Positions 47,932-57,818 of a stretch of 64,000 nt of DNA are shown piece by piece. The stretch is from Pseudomonadota bacterium. Its GTDB lineage: Bacteria > Pseudomonadota > Alphaproteobacteria > Rhizobiales > Hyphomicrobiaceae. The notes under the pieces were generated by a model that did not search any database, had not been told where the DNA came from, and was given only the letters and a program-made list of their open reading frames with translations. Position 1 is the stretch's first letter. Every line of letters starts with the position of its first letter. Location of the stretch: NCBI GenBank assembly GCA_023412805.1, contig JAEZRM010000095.1, forward strand, positions 54,109-118,108. The letters are read 5' to 3'. The translations under genes were made by a program, and so were the position numbers.

Positions 47932-48092
47932 TTTGCTCCCGAATGACCCGCGCGGCGCAGCGGCGATCGCGAGGGGCCCCAGTGGCCGGGATCGGTGTCG
48001 CCTCGTGCGGTTAGATAAGATCAGGAGAGGCGCGTGGCAATGTCTGGGCGAGCTTCGCGCCCAAAACGGGGAGGCGGACGTTCAGTCTCCGT

Positions 48093-49658
48093 TCAGCCCA
48101 TCATGGCCGCGTGGGGCGCCCGGCCGGCCGTGCGGGAGGGCCGTTCCCACTCGGCGCGACCGCCATGGCTCGGCAGGGAGCGATGGCGTTCCTGGCCGAG
48201 TGGCTGGAGAGGCGCCAGCGCCTCCATGACGCGCTGACGCGGCAGCGAAACCAGCACTTCCGTCCCCTTGCGCAGCTCGGAGCGCAACTCGAAGACGCCC
48301 TCGTGCAGCTCCACGAGGCTCTTCACGATCGGCAGGCCGAGGCCCGTCCCGCCTTCGGCATTCTCATGCGCCAGCGAGCCCTGGCCGAAAGCCTGCATGA
48401 TCCGCGGTATTTCCTCGCGTGGAATGCCGGGGCCGGTGTCGCGAATGCTGAGCGTCTGGCCGCCGAGCGAGTCGCGATAGACGCGCACGGTGATCCGCCC
48501 GCCCTTCGGCGTGAACTTGAGGGCGTTGGACAACAGATTGAGACAGATCTGGCGGAGCGCGCGCTCGTCCGCCCATATCATCGGCAGTGTCTGGTCGAGA
48601 TCCATCTCGATCGTCAGATTTTTGTTCTCGGCGCGCAGCTTCAGCAGGCGGTAGCAATCGTCGGCGACATCGATGAGGCGGATCGCCTCCTCGTTGAGGT
48701 CGTAGCGTCCGGCCTCGATGCGGGAGATGTCGAGGATCTCGTTGATGAGATGGAGGAGATGGCTGCCGCTGTAATGCACGTTGGCGGCGTACTCCTTGTA
48801 GGTCGGGTTCTTGAGCGGCCCGAGCAGCTCCGCCTTCATCACCTCCGAGAAACCGAGGATCGCGTTGAGCGGCGTCCTCAGCTCATGGCTCATGGTGGCC
48901 AGAAAGCGCGACTTGGCGATGTTGGCCGATTCCGCACGACGGCGCGCCTCGTCGGACGTGGCTTTTTCCTGCTCGAGCTCGGCGATGAGCGCGTCCTTCT
49001 CGGCCCGGTATTCGAGCATGGCAAGCGCGGTCGAGTTGAGACCCTTGGCCAGGAATATGAAGTAGACGTGTACGCCGAGCGCCATCGAGGCCATGGCCCA
49101 GTAGAAGGGATGACCGAGCATGAGCAAGCGCACGACGACTGCGATCGTCATCGGGATCGTACCGACATAGAGGATCGGAAGCGCAGTCGAGGCGAACGTC
49201 ATGCGGATCGCGAGCACGACGATCAGCGAGGCGAACAGGAAGACATGGGACGCGGAATCGGTGGCCCCCATGCCGACGAGCGCGAAGCCCGCCCAGACGA
49301 CACCGTTGATGGTCTCGGCCAGGATGAGCCGGCGGCGCCAGACCGTGATGTCGATTTCGCTGCGCGGCAGTGCGACGAAGCGACGGCAGAGTTCGAGCAG
49401 CGCCACCTTGGCGCCGATCACCATGACGAGCCAGAGGACGGCCTCGGTCTTGGTCGCCCAGAACATCGAGGCAAGCGAGAAGATCACGGCGAGAAGCTGA
49501 ATGGTCGCCACCGCACTGAGCTCGTTGCGCACGAACATCAGCAGCATCTCGTACTCGAAACCGGGCTTGCTCTCGCCGTCGAGCGCCAGGCGGCGCCGCG
49601 TGTCGCGAACCTGGAAGCCCTGATGCGCGCGCACGATCCGCGGCCGGCGAGGGCTCAC
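48093..49658 (-). CDS. Membrane-bound sensor histidine kinase (HisKA + HATPase_c)
   Basis: Five to six N-terminal TM helices, then ANIAKSRFLATMSHELRTPLNAILGFSEVM (H-box) and N/G1/G2 boxes (NLLSNALKFTP, IRDTGPGIP, GGTGLGLPIV). Start uncertain: the ORF extends to TTG 49793. GTG 49658 was chosen because GAGGAA lies 7 nt upstream. Confidence 0.85.
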   Translation of the reverse strand: MSPRRPRIVRAHQGFQVRDTRRRLALDGESKPGFEYEMLLMFVRNELSAVATIQLLAVIFSLASMFWATKTEAVLWLVMVIGAKVALLELCRRFVALPRSEIDITVWRRRLILAETINGVVWAGFALVGMGATDSASHVFLFASLIVVLAIRMTFASTALPILYVGTIPMTIAVVVRLLMLGHPFYWAMASMALGVHVYFIFLAKGLNSTALAMLEYRAEKDALIAELEQEKATSDEARRRAESANIAKSRFLATMSHELRTPLNAILGFSEVMKAELLGPLKNPTYKEYAANVHYSGSHLLHLINEILDISRIEAGRYDLNEEAIRLIDVADDCYRLLKLRAENKNLTIEMDLDQTLPMIWADERALRQICLNLLSNALKFTPKGGRITVRVYRDSLGGQTLSIRDTGPGIPREEIPRIMQAFGQGSLAHENAEGGTGLGLPIVKSLVELHEGVFELRSELRKGTEVLVSLPRQRVMEALAPLQPLGQERHRSLPSHGGRAEWERPSRTAGRAPHAAMMG

Positions 49659-50012
49659 TCCTGCTTCCTCTGCGCTGACGCTGATCGATGACACGCCAAG
49701 ACCCCGAAATTCCTGTCGGAGGCCAGCAGCACATCGAACCCGGCTCTGTCGCACCCGCCTCGCGACCGGCCGCGCCCCGTGCGTGCCTCCCAATTTTCCT
49801 CAGTATGAGAGTGATCTGTAAATCCTAACTTCGCGTTTACTCTGACCTGAAGGTTGTAATCACATTTGCTGCAATATGAATTCGGCCTTCATGATTGCGG
49901 CTTTCCTGCCTCGTCGGTCCGACAGGCCTGCCGCGCTCCGGCCGCCGTTGCACGCACCGGGCCGGTCGACTAGGACTAGGCTAATTGCTCCCCCTGCCCG
50001 GAGATCCCCACC

Positions 50013-50624
50013 ATGAAGCTTCTCGAGACCCGGATGGCGCCCAATCCGCGGCGCGTGCGCATCTTCCTTGCCGAGAAGGGAATTCAAGTTCCGACCGAGG
50101 AGCTAGATCTCATGAAGGGAGAGCTTCAAAGGGAGAGTTTCACCAAACTGAACGCCCTTCAACGGGTTCCGGTGCTGCAGCTCGATGACGGCACGGCCAT
50201 CTGCGAGTCGATGGCCATCTGTCGCTACTTCGAAGAGTTGCATCCAGAACCGCCGCTTTTCGGGACAGGCGCCCTCGGTAAAGCCATGGTCGAGATGTGG
50301 CAACGGCGCATGGAACTGGGCCTCATGTCCGCCGTTACGTCGGCGTTCCGCCACCTGCATCCCGCGATGGCCGAACGTGAGGTCCCGCAGGTCGCGGCCT
50401 GGGGCGAGGCGAACAAGCCGAGAGCTCTCGAAATGCTGCGCATCCTCGACGAGCAACTCGCGGGCAACCGCTTCGTAGCCGGCGACGCCTACTCTGTTGC
50501 CGACATCACGGCGCTCGTCACCGTGGACTTCATGAAACCCGCGCGCGTGCAGCGGCCCGAAGGGCTCGCAAACCTCGACCGCTGGTACAAGGAAGTCGCC
50601 TCACGGCCGAGCGCCAAGGCCTGA
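50013..50624 (+). CDS. Glutathione S-transferase
   Basis: 203 aa. The N-terminal thioredoxin-like domain has RVPVLQLDDGTAICESMAICRYFEE. C-terminal helical domain present. Confidence 0.88.
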   Translation: MKLLETRMAPNPRRVRIFLAEKGIQVPTEELDLMKGELQRESFTKLNALQRVPVLQLDDGTAICESMAICRYFEELHPEPPLFGTGALGKAMVEMWQRRMELGLMSAVTSAFRHLHPAMAEREVPQVAAWGEANKPRALEMLRILDEQLAGNRFVAGDAYSVADITALVTVDFMKPARVQRPEGLANLDRWYKEVASRPSAKA

Positions 50625-50658
50625 CAGCGCGCACGAACAAGAGGCTGAGACGCCCGTG

Positions 50659-51402
50659 ATGAAACTGACGATCGTCGGATGCGGTGATGCCTTCGGCGCC
50701 GGGGGACGGCTGCAGACGGGCTATCACGTCGACCTCGGGCATCACCGCTTTCTCATCGACTGCGGTGCGACGAGCCTGATCGGCCTCAACAAGCTCGGCA
50801 TCGACCCGAACGGCATCTCGACGATCTTCCTCTCGCATCTGCACGGCGACCATTATTCGGGCCTCGTGTGGTGGATGCTCCACGCGCAGCACGTTGCCAA
50901 ACGGACCGATCCGCTCACCGTCATCGGACCACCCGGCGTCGAGGATCGCGTGCTACAGACGGCGGAGCTGATGTTTCCGGGATCGACGAAGATCGAGCGG
51001 CGCTATCCGCTGATCTTCAAGGAGTGCCGTGCGGGTGAGCCGCTTATCGAAGGCCCCGTCATGGTGACGGCCTGGGAAGTCTCGCATCCCTCGGGCGCGC
51101 CTTCGCACGCGCTGCGCTTCGAGACGGGCGGCAAGGTACTGTCCTTCTCCGGCGATACGGAATGGGTCGATGCGCTCGTGCCCGTGAGCGCCGGCGCCGA
51201 CCTGTTCATTACAGAGTGCTACGCGTTTGATGGCCCTGTGCGCTATCACACGAGCTGGAAAATCCTCGAGGAGAACCTGCCGCGGATCGCAGCGAAGCGC
51301 ATTCTCCTCACGCACATGAATCCGTCCATGCTGGCGCGCCGCCACGAGATCGACCGGCCGAACATCCTGCTCGCCGAGGACTGCCTCGTCATCGACGTGT
51401 AA
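50659..51402 (+). CDS. MBL-fold metallo-hydrolase
   Basis: MKLTIVGCGDAFG...FLSHLHGDHYSGL (HxHxDH). 247 aa. Confidence 0.85.
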   Translation: MKLTIVGCGDAFGAGGRLQTGYHVDLGHHRFLIDCGATSLIGLNKLGIDPNGISTIFLSHLHGDHYSGLVWWMLHAQHVAKRTDPLTVIGPPGVEDRVLQTAELMFPGSTKIERRYPLIFKECRAGEPLIEGPVMVTAWEVSHPSGAPSHALRFETGGKVLSFSGDTEWVDALVPVSAGADLFITECYAFDGPVRYHTSWKILEENLPRIAAKRILLTHMNPSMLARRHEIDRPNILLAEDCLVIDV

Positions 51403-52040
51403 TGCGCACGAAGCGAGTACCTTCGAAGCGTCGCGCACTCGATGCGCTCGTCGCGGACATTCGCGCCTGCCGCCTTTGCCGAGATGAGCCTCGGGGTGCG
51501 CCTCTGCCGCACGAGCCACGTCCCGTTCTGCGTGTGAGTACAACCGCGCGCATCGGCGTATTCGGGCAAGCGCCGGGAACGCGCGTCCATGCCTCCGGCA
51601 CACCTTTCACGGATCCTTCCGGCGTGCGCCTGCGCCAATGGATGGGCGTGACGGACGACGAATTCTACGACGTCAGCCGCATCGCCGTCATTCCCATGGG
51701 CTTCTGCTTTCCGGGCCTCGATGCCAAAGGTGGAGACTTGCCGCCACGCCGTGAATGCGCGCCGCTCTGGCGTGCGCGCCTGATGGCGGCACTGCCGAAC
51801 CTCGAACTGATGCTGCTCGTCGGGCAGTATGCCCAGCGCTGGCATCTGGGACAGGATAGTCGACGCGATCTGACGAGCACCGTGCAGCGCTGGCGTGAGA
51901 TCGTCGCGCGGCCGGATGGCCCGGTGATGGTGCCGCTGCCGCATCCATCATGGCGCAACAACGCCTGGATCAAGAAGCATCCGTGGTTCGACGCGGAGCT
52001 GCTGCCGTGGCTGCGCGAGGCTGTGCGAGCGCATCTCTAG
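51402..52040 (+). CDS. Uracil-DNA glycosylase superfamily protein
   Basis: The ATG overlaps the upstream TAA by 1 nt. CRLCRDEP...IGVFGQAPGTRVHASGTPFTDPSG...MVPLPHPSWRN is a UDG-fold motif A/B arrangement. Confidence 0.75.
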   Translation: MRTKRVPSKRRALDALVADIRACRLCRDEPRGAPLPHEPRPVLRVSTTARIGVFGQAPGTRVHASGTPFTDPSGVRLRQWMGVTDDEFYDVSRIAVIPMGFCFPGLDAKGGDLPPRRECAPLWRARLMAALPNLELMLLVGQYAQRWHLGQDSRRDLTSTVQRWREIVARPDGPVMVPLPHPSWRNNAWIKKHPWFDAELLPWLREAVRAHL

Positions 52041-52345
52041 TTCGCGCCTTCGGCGCGAGTGGGCTGCCGCCCACACCCGCTCGGGGAGACCCCGAACCCC
52101 CTTCTATTTATGACTTGGAGTTGCCGCGAACTCGACCGGTCCTTTCTCTCCGCGAAGAACGGGGAGAGGGAAAAATGGAGCGCGAGCCGCGCACTCCAAG
52201 TGACAAAAAGGAGGGGGTCCGGGGTCTCCCCGGTTGGGGCCAGGGGCGAAAGCCCCGTCGCGCCAGCGGCGCGAGGGCGGCTGCAGTCGAGTTCGACACT
52301 GACGCCGAGCATCAGCACCTCTTCTCAGCAGCCCGCGGCAAACAG
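52041..52345. repeat. REP/MITE-like hairpin-rich intergenic element (copy B) with 40-bp imperfect inverted arms
   Basis: 52042-52120 is related to 3499-3584. The arm 52081-52120 (tcggggagaccccgaacccccttctatttatgacttggag) pairs with 52194-52233 (33 of 40 positions). These arms flank the hairpin tctctccg-cgaagaa-cggggaga. Confidence 0.75.
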
Positions 52346-52350
52346 AAAAA

Positions 52351-53778
52351 CTAGCTCAGCTCATGAATGCGGAAGTTGAGACCGCCGCGCGGTGTCAGCG
52401 TCACCGTCGCGTTGATGCCGGGGTGCTCGGCAGCCGGTGCATGCTTGTTGCCCACATATTCGGGACGGAAGCGGCGCAGCAGCATCGAGAGCGCGAGCGT
52501 GTTCTCGACCTGGCTCATGGCGCCGCCGATGCAGGAGCGCTTGCCGCCGCCGAACGGAATGTACGTGTAGGGCCGGCGCTTCTTCGCGGCCTCGCCCATG
52601 AAGCGTTCGGGGCGGAAGCTCTCGGGCTCCTCCCAGAAGCGCGGATCATGATGCGCACCGTAGGCAAAGAGGACGACGCGATCGCCTGCCTTGATCTGCT
52701 TGCCGCCGATCTCGTCGTCCTTCGCGGCGACGCGGATGAGGCCCCAGATCGGCGGATAGAAGCGCATGGTCTCCTGGATCACGGCGCGCGTGTAGGCGAG
52801 CCCCGAATAGTCGGCCGCCGTCGGCTCGCGCGAGCCATAGACTTCCTCGCCCTCGCGGCGAATGCGCTCGACGATCTCGGGATTGCGCGACGCTTCGTAG
52901 AGCGCCCAGGCGAGTGTCAGCGCCGTCGTCTCGGTGCCGGCCCAGAGATACTGCTTCAGCTCGTCGACGGCCTGCTGCTCGTCGAACTCCGGCACGTTCG
53001 GATCGGCGGTTACGGCCTGGATCATCTTCAACAGCGTGCGCTCGCGCTCCTCGCGCGGGTTCGCCGCGAAGATCGACGGCGGCACGCCTGCCCAGGCTTC
53101 CATAGCCTTGGCGATGCTGTCCTCGGAGATCTCGAAGTCCGCGTCCGACATCTTCTTCATGCGAAGATCTTTGTGGCTTGGGACGTCGGTGTAGGTCTTC
53201 ACGCACTTGAAGATGAAGTGCGGATTGAAAGGCATGTCGCGATCGAACAAAGCCTTGCAGATCATGTCGGCCGCGAGCGTCCAGGTCTGCTCGACCATCT
53301 CGACGCTCTCGCCCGTGCGCGCGAGCTCGGCCCAGATATCCATCTTCTGGCGGATCGCGGTCAGGAAGTACGGGATGTACTCCGCGAACATGTCCGGATG
53401 GAAAGCCGGCTGCTGCGGCATCCGGATCTTCTGCCAGAGAGCGCCGTCGTGCGTGATCATCGACTTGCCGAAGACCGGACGCAGGCCGTCGAAGTACTTC
53501 ACATAGTCGTCGACCTTCGTGACGAGCACGCGCTTGAAATGATCGGGCTCGGAAAGGAAGACCACGCGTTCGTTGGCCATGGTCACGGCGATGACGCCAC
53601 CGTAGCGTTGCGTGAGCTGCTGCAGGATCGTCATCGGGTTCGCCGCCGTGCCCTTCTGCAGGGCGGTCAGCTTGAACCAGATGCTCTCCTGCTCACCGAG
53701 GCCCTGCGTGTGCTGGCCAGGTGTTGTGGCATTTGCCTGCTGCAGACCATCATTGGTCGGCGTATGGATCGCAGTCAT
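52351..53778 (-). CDS. Cytochrome P450
   Basis: Heme-ligand loop FGGGKRSCIGGAMS, ETMRFYPP (ExxR/K-helix) and AGTETT I-helix. Start set at ATG 53778. Confidence 0.9.
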   Translation of the reverse strand: MTAIHTPTNDGLQQANATTPGQHTQGLGEQESIWFKLTALQKGTAANPMTILQQLTQRYGGVIAVTMANERVVFLSEPDHFKRVLVTKVDDYVKYFDGLRPVFGKSMITHDGALWQKIRMPQQPAFHPDMFAEYIPYFLTAIRQKMDIWAELARTGESVEMVEQTWTLAADMICKALFDRDMPFNPHFIFKCVKTYTDVPSHKDLRMKKMSDADFEISEDSIAKAMEAWAGVPPSIFAANPREERERTLLKMIQAVTADPNVPEFDEQQAVDELKQYLWAGTETTALTLAWALYEASRNPEIVERIRREGEEVYGSREPTAADYSGLAYTRAVIQETMRFYPPIWGLIRVAAKDDEIGGKQIKAGDRVVLFAYGAHHDPRFWEEPESFRPERFMGEAAKKRRPYTYIPFGGGKRSCIGGAMSQVENTLALSMLLRRFRPEYVGNKHAPAAEHPGINATVTLTPRGGLNFRIHELS

Positions 53779-54004
53779 AGCGTGCGTTCCTACCGTCCAC
53801 GCGCAATGCACGCGGACAATCGAGGTTGTCTCAGCCGACCGGCGTTTCCCCACCCATGGCGCTCGAAGGCATCTGACGTGCCGTTAGCTGCCTAAAGGTC
53901 TCGTAACATCCGCTCGGCGGCAATGTCCACGCACGGTCACTTGACCGCTGCATTTTGGCGCGGCCTGTGTCCGAAACGCGAACTTTTGCCAGATTTTAGC
54001 CCGG

Positions 54005-54661
54005 TCACGCCTCTTCAGGCGAGATCATGCAGGACGCTTGGTTAACGGCGGTCAGAATGCGCACGCGCCCATCTTCGAGTCGGGCCGCGTCTGAAGCGAC
54101 CAGGGCAAGGGCCTGCGGATACAGAACATGTTCCACACGGAGTATCCGTGCGGCGAGGCTTGCGGGTGTATCGCCGTCCAAGACCGGTACCGCCCCCTGG
54201 GCGATGATGGGCCCGGCATCCATCTCGGCGATCACATGATGCACGGTGCAGCCGGCGATTCGCACACCATCCGCGAGCGCCCGTGCGTGTGTGTGAAGTC
54301 CCGGGTAGAGCGGCAGCAGCGAAGGGTGGATGTTGATCATGCGCCCGGCCCAGCGCGCGACGAAACCACCTGTCATAATGCGCATGAAACCGGCCAACGC
54401 GACCAGTTCGACCCCCTCCCTTTCGAGCACGGCCTGGATCGCCTCCTCGAAGGCCTCGCGGGTTGCATAAGCCTTGTGATCGACCGCGTGGGCGGCAATG
54501 CCCTGCTCGCGGGCCCAGGCAAGCCCGGCGGCCTGCGGGCGATTGGATATCACGCAGACGATCTCGGCCGGATAGTCCGCCGCGCGCGACGCCGCCACGA
54601 GCGCCATCATGTTCGAGCCGCGGCCCGAAATGAGGATGCCGACGCGCCGGCGCGGCTTCAC
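54005..54661 (-). CDS. purN: Phosphoribosylglycinamide formyltransferase
   Basis: [23 protein letters not shown], and conserved purM-purN order with an ATGA overlap. Confidence 0.93.
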   Translation of the reverse strand: MKPRRRVGILISGRGSNMMALVAASRAADYPAEIVCVISNRPQAAGLAWAREQGIAAHAVDHKAYATREAFEEAIQAVLEREGVELVALAGFMRIMTGGFVARWAGRMINIHPSLLPLYPGLHTHARALADGVRIAGCTVHHVIAEMDAGPIIAQGAVPVLDGDTPASLAARILRVEHVLYPQALALVASDAARLEDGRVRILTAVNQASCMISPEEA

Positions 54662-55806
54662 GATGGGTACCTCAACTGACCGGTGTAGTGCACGGCCTCG
54701 GTCTGGCCCTTGCCCTTGGCGTCGCTCAGGACGCCGCGCGGCGGCGCTATTCGGCCGATGATCATCGGAGACTCGCCAGCTTCGCGAAGCTCCTTCAGCA
54801 CGAGTCCAGCGCGGTCGCGCGATGCCACGATCACGAGGCCGATACCGCAGTTGAACGTGCGCAGCATCTCGGTGTCATCGAGATTGCCGGCGGCTTTGAG
54901 CCAGCCGAACACAGCCGGCGGTATCCAGGCGCCAAGATCGATCTCGGCACCAATCTGGTCGGATAGAACGCGCGGCACGTTCTCTGAAAGGCCACCACCC
55001 GTGATGTGGGCCAGTGCCTTGATCGCGCCCTCGGGGCCGCTGCCGCCGGTCGCGCGCAGCGCCGCCAGCACGGGCTTGACGTAGATGCGCGTCGGCGTGA
55101 GCAGGCTTGCTGCCAGCGACACGTCGGGCGCGTAGGGGGCCGGCGTCTCCCACTCGAGACTGGCGCCGGCGACAAGCTTGCGCACGAGCGAGTAGCCATT
55201 CGAGTGCACACCCGACGAGGGCAGGCCAATCAGCAGGTCGCCGACGTCGATATCGGCACGCGGCAGCACGCCACCACGCTCGACGGCGCCGACGCAAAAG
55301 CCGGCGAGATCGTAGTCACCGCCGCCGTACATACCGGGCATCTCGGCCGTTTCGCCGCCGATGAGCGCGCAGCCTGCCTCATGGCACCCGGCCGCAATCC
55401 CGGCGATCACCTCGCGGGCAACCTCCACATCGAGCTTGCCGGTCGAGAAATAGTCGAGGAAGAACAACGGCTCAGCGCCCTGCACGATCAGATCGTTGAC
55501 GCACATGGCGACGAGATCGACGCCGATCGTCGCGTGCTGGCCGGTCTCGATGGCGATCTTGAGCTTGGTGCCGACACCGTCATTGGCAGCGACGAGGATG
55601 GGATCCTTATAGCCCGCCGCCTTCAGATCGAAGAGACCGCCGAAGCCGCCGAGATCCGCATCGGCGCCGGCGCGCCGCGTCGCGCGCACCAGCGGCTTGA
55701 TGGCGGCCACGAGGGCATTGCCGGCATCGATATCGACGCCGGAATCACGGTAGGTGACGGACGCATTCGGGTCCGTACCTGCGCCGTTGTGGCCAATGGA
55801 CGTCAT
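54658..55806 (-). CDS. purM: Phosphoribosylformylglycinamidine cyclo-ligase (AIR synthetase)
   Basis: Start at ATG 55804-55806 (GAGGGTGAAA RBS). [31 protein letters not shown]. Confidence 0.93.
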   Translation of the reverse strand: MTSIGHNGAGTDPNASVTYRDSGVDIDAGNALVAAIKPLVRATRRAGADADLGGFGGLFDLKAAGYKDPILVAANDGVGTKLKIAIETGQHATIGVDLVAMCVNDLIVQGAEPLFFLDYFSTGKLDVEVAREVIAGIAAGCHEAGCALIGGETAEMPGMYGGGDYDLAGFCVGAVERGGVLPRADIDVGDLLIGLPSSGVHSNGYSLVRKLVAGASLEWETPAPYAPDVSLAASLLTPTRIYVKPVLAALRATGGSGPEGAIKALAHITGGGLSENVPRVLSDQIGAEIDLGAWIPPAVFGWLKAAGNLDDTEMLRTFNCGIGLVIVASRDRAGLVLKELREAGESPMIIGRIAPPRGVLSDAKGKGQTEAVHYTGQLRYPS

Positions 55807-56073
55807 TTTCACCCTCGCAGAGGTGGACCGCTGCCCTCGGGCTCGGCGTTCGTGCCACGGCGGACCAGGAACTCGGGGACGGTCAAGCCAGGAGGCGCAA
55901 TGCTCGCAGCCGAACCCTACTTTTGCCCCAATGGTCATGGCCCAAGTGGTGATGCCCAACTGATGGGTATTGTGCGGGGCAATAGCAATCCGTGGGGCGT
56001 TCGGCAACTCACGGAAAGGCTATGTTGTCCCCAATTCCGGATGAATTGGCTAAGCGTGGGACCGTTGGGCACC

Positions 56074-57351
56074 ATGAGAAGGCTTTTGGGCAACACCGAC
56101 CTAGCAACGGGCATCGGCGCGAATAGCGGCAGGCGGGCGCGGCGAGCCTTAGCAGGCTCGCTTGCGGCGGCGTTTCTCGGCCTCGCGCCGGGGGCTGCGA
56201 CGGCCGAGGATTCGAAAGTCTTCATCATCGGGAACTATCCCGTGGAGGCCCGCGCAGCCGATGCCGTGACCGCCAAAGAGCAGGCCATTGCCGACGGCCA
56301 GCAGGCAGCCTTCCGCTCGCTTCTGAAGCGCATCGTGCCCGTGACCTCCTACGCGCGCCTGAAGCAGGTTCGCGCCACCCCTGCCGCGCCGATGATCGAA
56401 GGCTTCTCGGTCCGCTCCGAGCGCAACTCGGCGACGGAATACATCGCGAGCTACGACTTCTCCTTCCAGCCGGCGGCGGTGCAGCAGCTGCTCGAACGCA
56501 ACGGCATTCCGTACGTCGACAAGCAGGCACCGCGCATCGTGATCGTGCCGATCTATCGCGCCGAGCGCCAGCCGCAGAACGTGACGGCAGAGGCCAGCGA
56601 CACCTGGATGTACGCGTGGCGCAGTCTCGATCTCGCCAACACGCTGACGCCGGCGACGATCTCGCAACCGAAGAAGACGCTGAATCCCGACACGGTTAAA
56701 GCCGCACTCGAAGGTGAAGGCGGCGCGCAGCGCGCGATCGCCGGTGAATACCAGACATCGCTGGTCGTGCTCGCGGTCATCGAGCCGAGTGCCGACGGCA
56801 AGAAAGCGACCGTCACGCTTAGCGGGCAGGATTCTGTCGGTCCGTTCTCGCTCGCGCGCAACTATCGCCTCGACGGCGACATTGCCTACACATCCGAGCT
56901 TGCGGCAGTCGTCGGGCTCGGCGTGCTGGAAGGGCGCTGGAAGGCCGCGAATTCGCATCTGAGCACGGCGAGTGCGCCGGCGCAGAACAACTTCGCTCCA
57001 GCACCGGGCGGTGGCGGTAGTGGCTACGGCTGGGGCGCAAGCCCTGGTGCGAGCCCGGGCTACGGCGAGGGCCCGTCGAGCTATGGCGCTCGCGGCAGTC
57101 AGCCCGGTGGCGGCGCGCCGATCCGCCTCTCGGTGTCGTTCCAGGGCATGAACGAATGGCAGCAGATCAGCCAGCGCCTATCCGCGGTGCCGGGTGTCGG
57201 TAATCTCGAAGTGGAAGGCCTTTCCGCGCGCAGTGCCCGCATTGCGCTGAGCTTTCCTGGCAGCCCCGACGATCTTGCCCGTGCGCTTTCCCAGCAGGGG
57301 CTGAGCCTGCGCAGCGGACCCGACGGATTGATCCTGAGCGGCGGACGCTGA
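56074..57351 (+). CDS. DUF2066-like secreted protein with Gly/Ser/Pro-rich linker
   Basis: Only the 3' part of ORF 55006..57351 is credible; the rest is antisense to purM. MRRLLGN...GRRARRALAGSLAAAFLGLAPGAATA signal, then FIIGNYPVEARAADAVTAKEQAIADGQQAAFRSLLKRIVP. The start could be 56041. The family label is from memory. Confidence 0.6.
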   Translation: MRRLLGNTDLATGIGANSGRRARRALAGSLAAAFLGLAPGAATAEDSKVFIIGNYPVEARAADAVTAKEQAIADGQQAAFRSLLKRIVPVTSYARLKQVRATPAAPMIEGFSVRSERNSATEYIASYDFSFQPAAVQQLLERNGIPYVDKQAPRIVIVPIYRAERQPQNVTAEASDTWMYAWRSLDLANTLTPATISQPKKTLNPDTVKAALEGEGGAQRAIAGEYQTSLVVLAVIEPSADGKKATVTLSGQDSVGPFSLARNYRLDGDIAYTSELAAVVGLGVLEGRWKAANSHLSTASAPAQNNFAPAPGGGGSGYGWGASPGASPGYGEGPSSYGARGSQPGGGAPIRLSVSFQGMNEWQQISQRLSAVPGVGNLEVEGLSARSARIALSFPGSPDDLARALSQQGLSLRSGPDGLILSGGR

Positions 57352-57352
57352 T

Positions 57353-57802
57353 CTACGGTTGAAACAGCCGCATGTCCCACGCGACGGGGTGTTCGAGCCC
57401 GGGCCGTATGCGCGGCGCTTCGGGATGTCCGCAGTTGATGATCACGTTCTCCTCGATGCGGGCCACGAACGACGGCACGATCAGGATCGCCGATCGCTTC
57501 TCATGGTACCATTTCGAGCCGGCGGCCCGCGCCTTGGCGAGGTCCAGCCATCCAGGCACGGTGTCCTTCGTGAAGATCTCGTAGGAAATACCGGCCGGAA
57601 TCTCGATCTCGATGTAGTGCTGGTTCGACGGCAGTACGCCATTGAAGTGCGCGAGCTTTTCGAGGAGCGCGGTGGCGTAGTGCCGCGAGGTATAGATGAC
57701 CTCCTGACCCTTCTCGTGCCAGCGGCCCTCGATGCGCGCCGCGCCTTCGCCGCTGTAGATGGGATAAGTGCCCTGCGGATCGCCGATGCGATAGGCGCGC
57801 AT
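57353..57802 (-). CDS. RES-domain toxin (RES-Xre/MbcT-type, predicted NAD+-degrading)
   Basis: MRAYRIGDPQGTYPIYSGEGAARIEGRWHEKGQEVIYTSRHYATALLE...SAILIVPS shows the R-E-S residues in the usual spacing. It lies directly downstream of a DUF2384 antitoxin gene. An alternative GTG start is at 57817. Confidence 0.8.
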   Translation of the reverse strand: MRAYRIGDPQGTYPIYSGEGAARIEGRWHEKGQEVIYTSRHYATALLEKLAHFNGVLPSNQHYIEIEIPAGISYEIFTKDTVPGWLDLAKARAAGSKWYHEKRSAILIVPSFVARIEENVIINCGHPEAPRIRPGLEHPVAWDMRLFQP

Positions 57803-57818
57803 CGGCTCCGCGAGAACT

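Noticed and set aside
49794-50012. AT-richer spacer between the histidine kinase and GST genes, inspected for CtrA boxes (TTAA-N7-TTAA)
   Set aside because: Only TAAATCCTAAC-like partial matches with the wrong spacing were found, and no full box.
52363-53895. 510-aa plus-strand ORF opposite the cytochrome P450 gene
   Set aside because: The P450 heme loop and ExxR motifs are on the minus strand, so the plus-frame ORF is a GC shadow.
55006-56040. 5' two-fifths of the 781-aa ORF 55006..57351
   Set aside because: This part is antisense to purM and lacks protein-like composition. Only the portion from about 56041/56074, which begins with a signal peptide, looks like a real gene.
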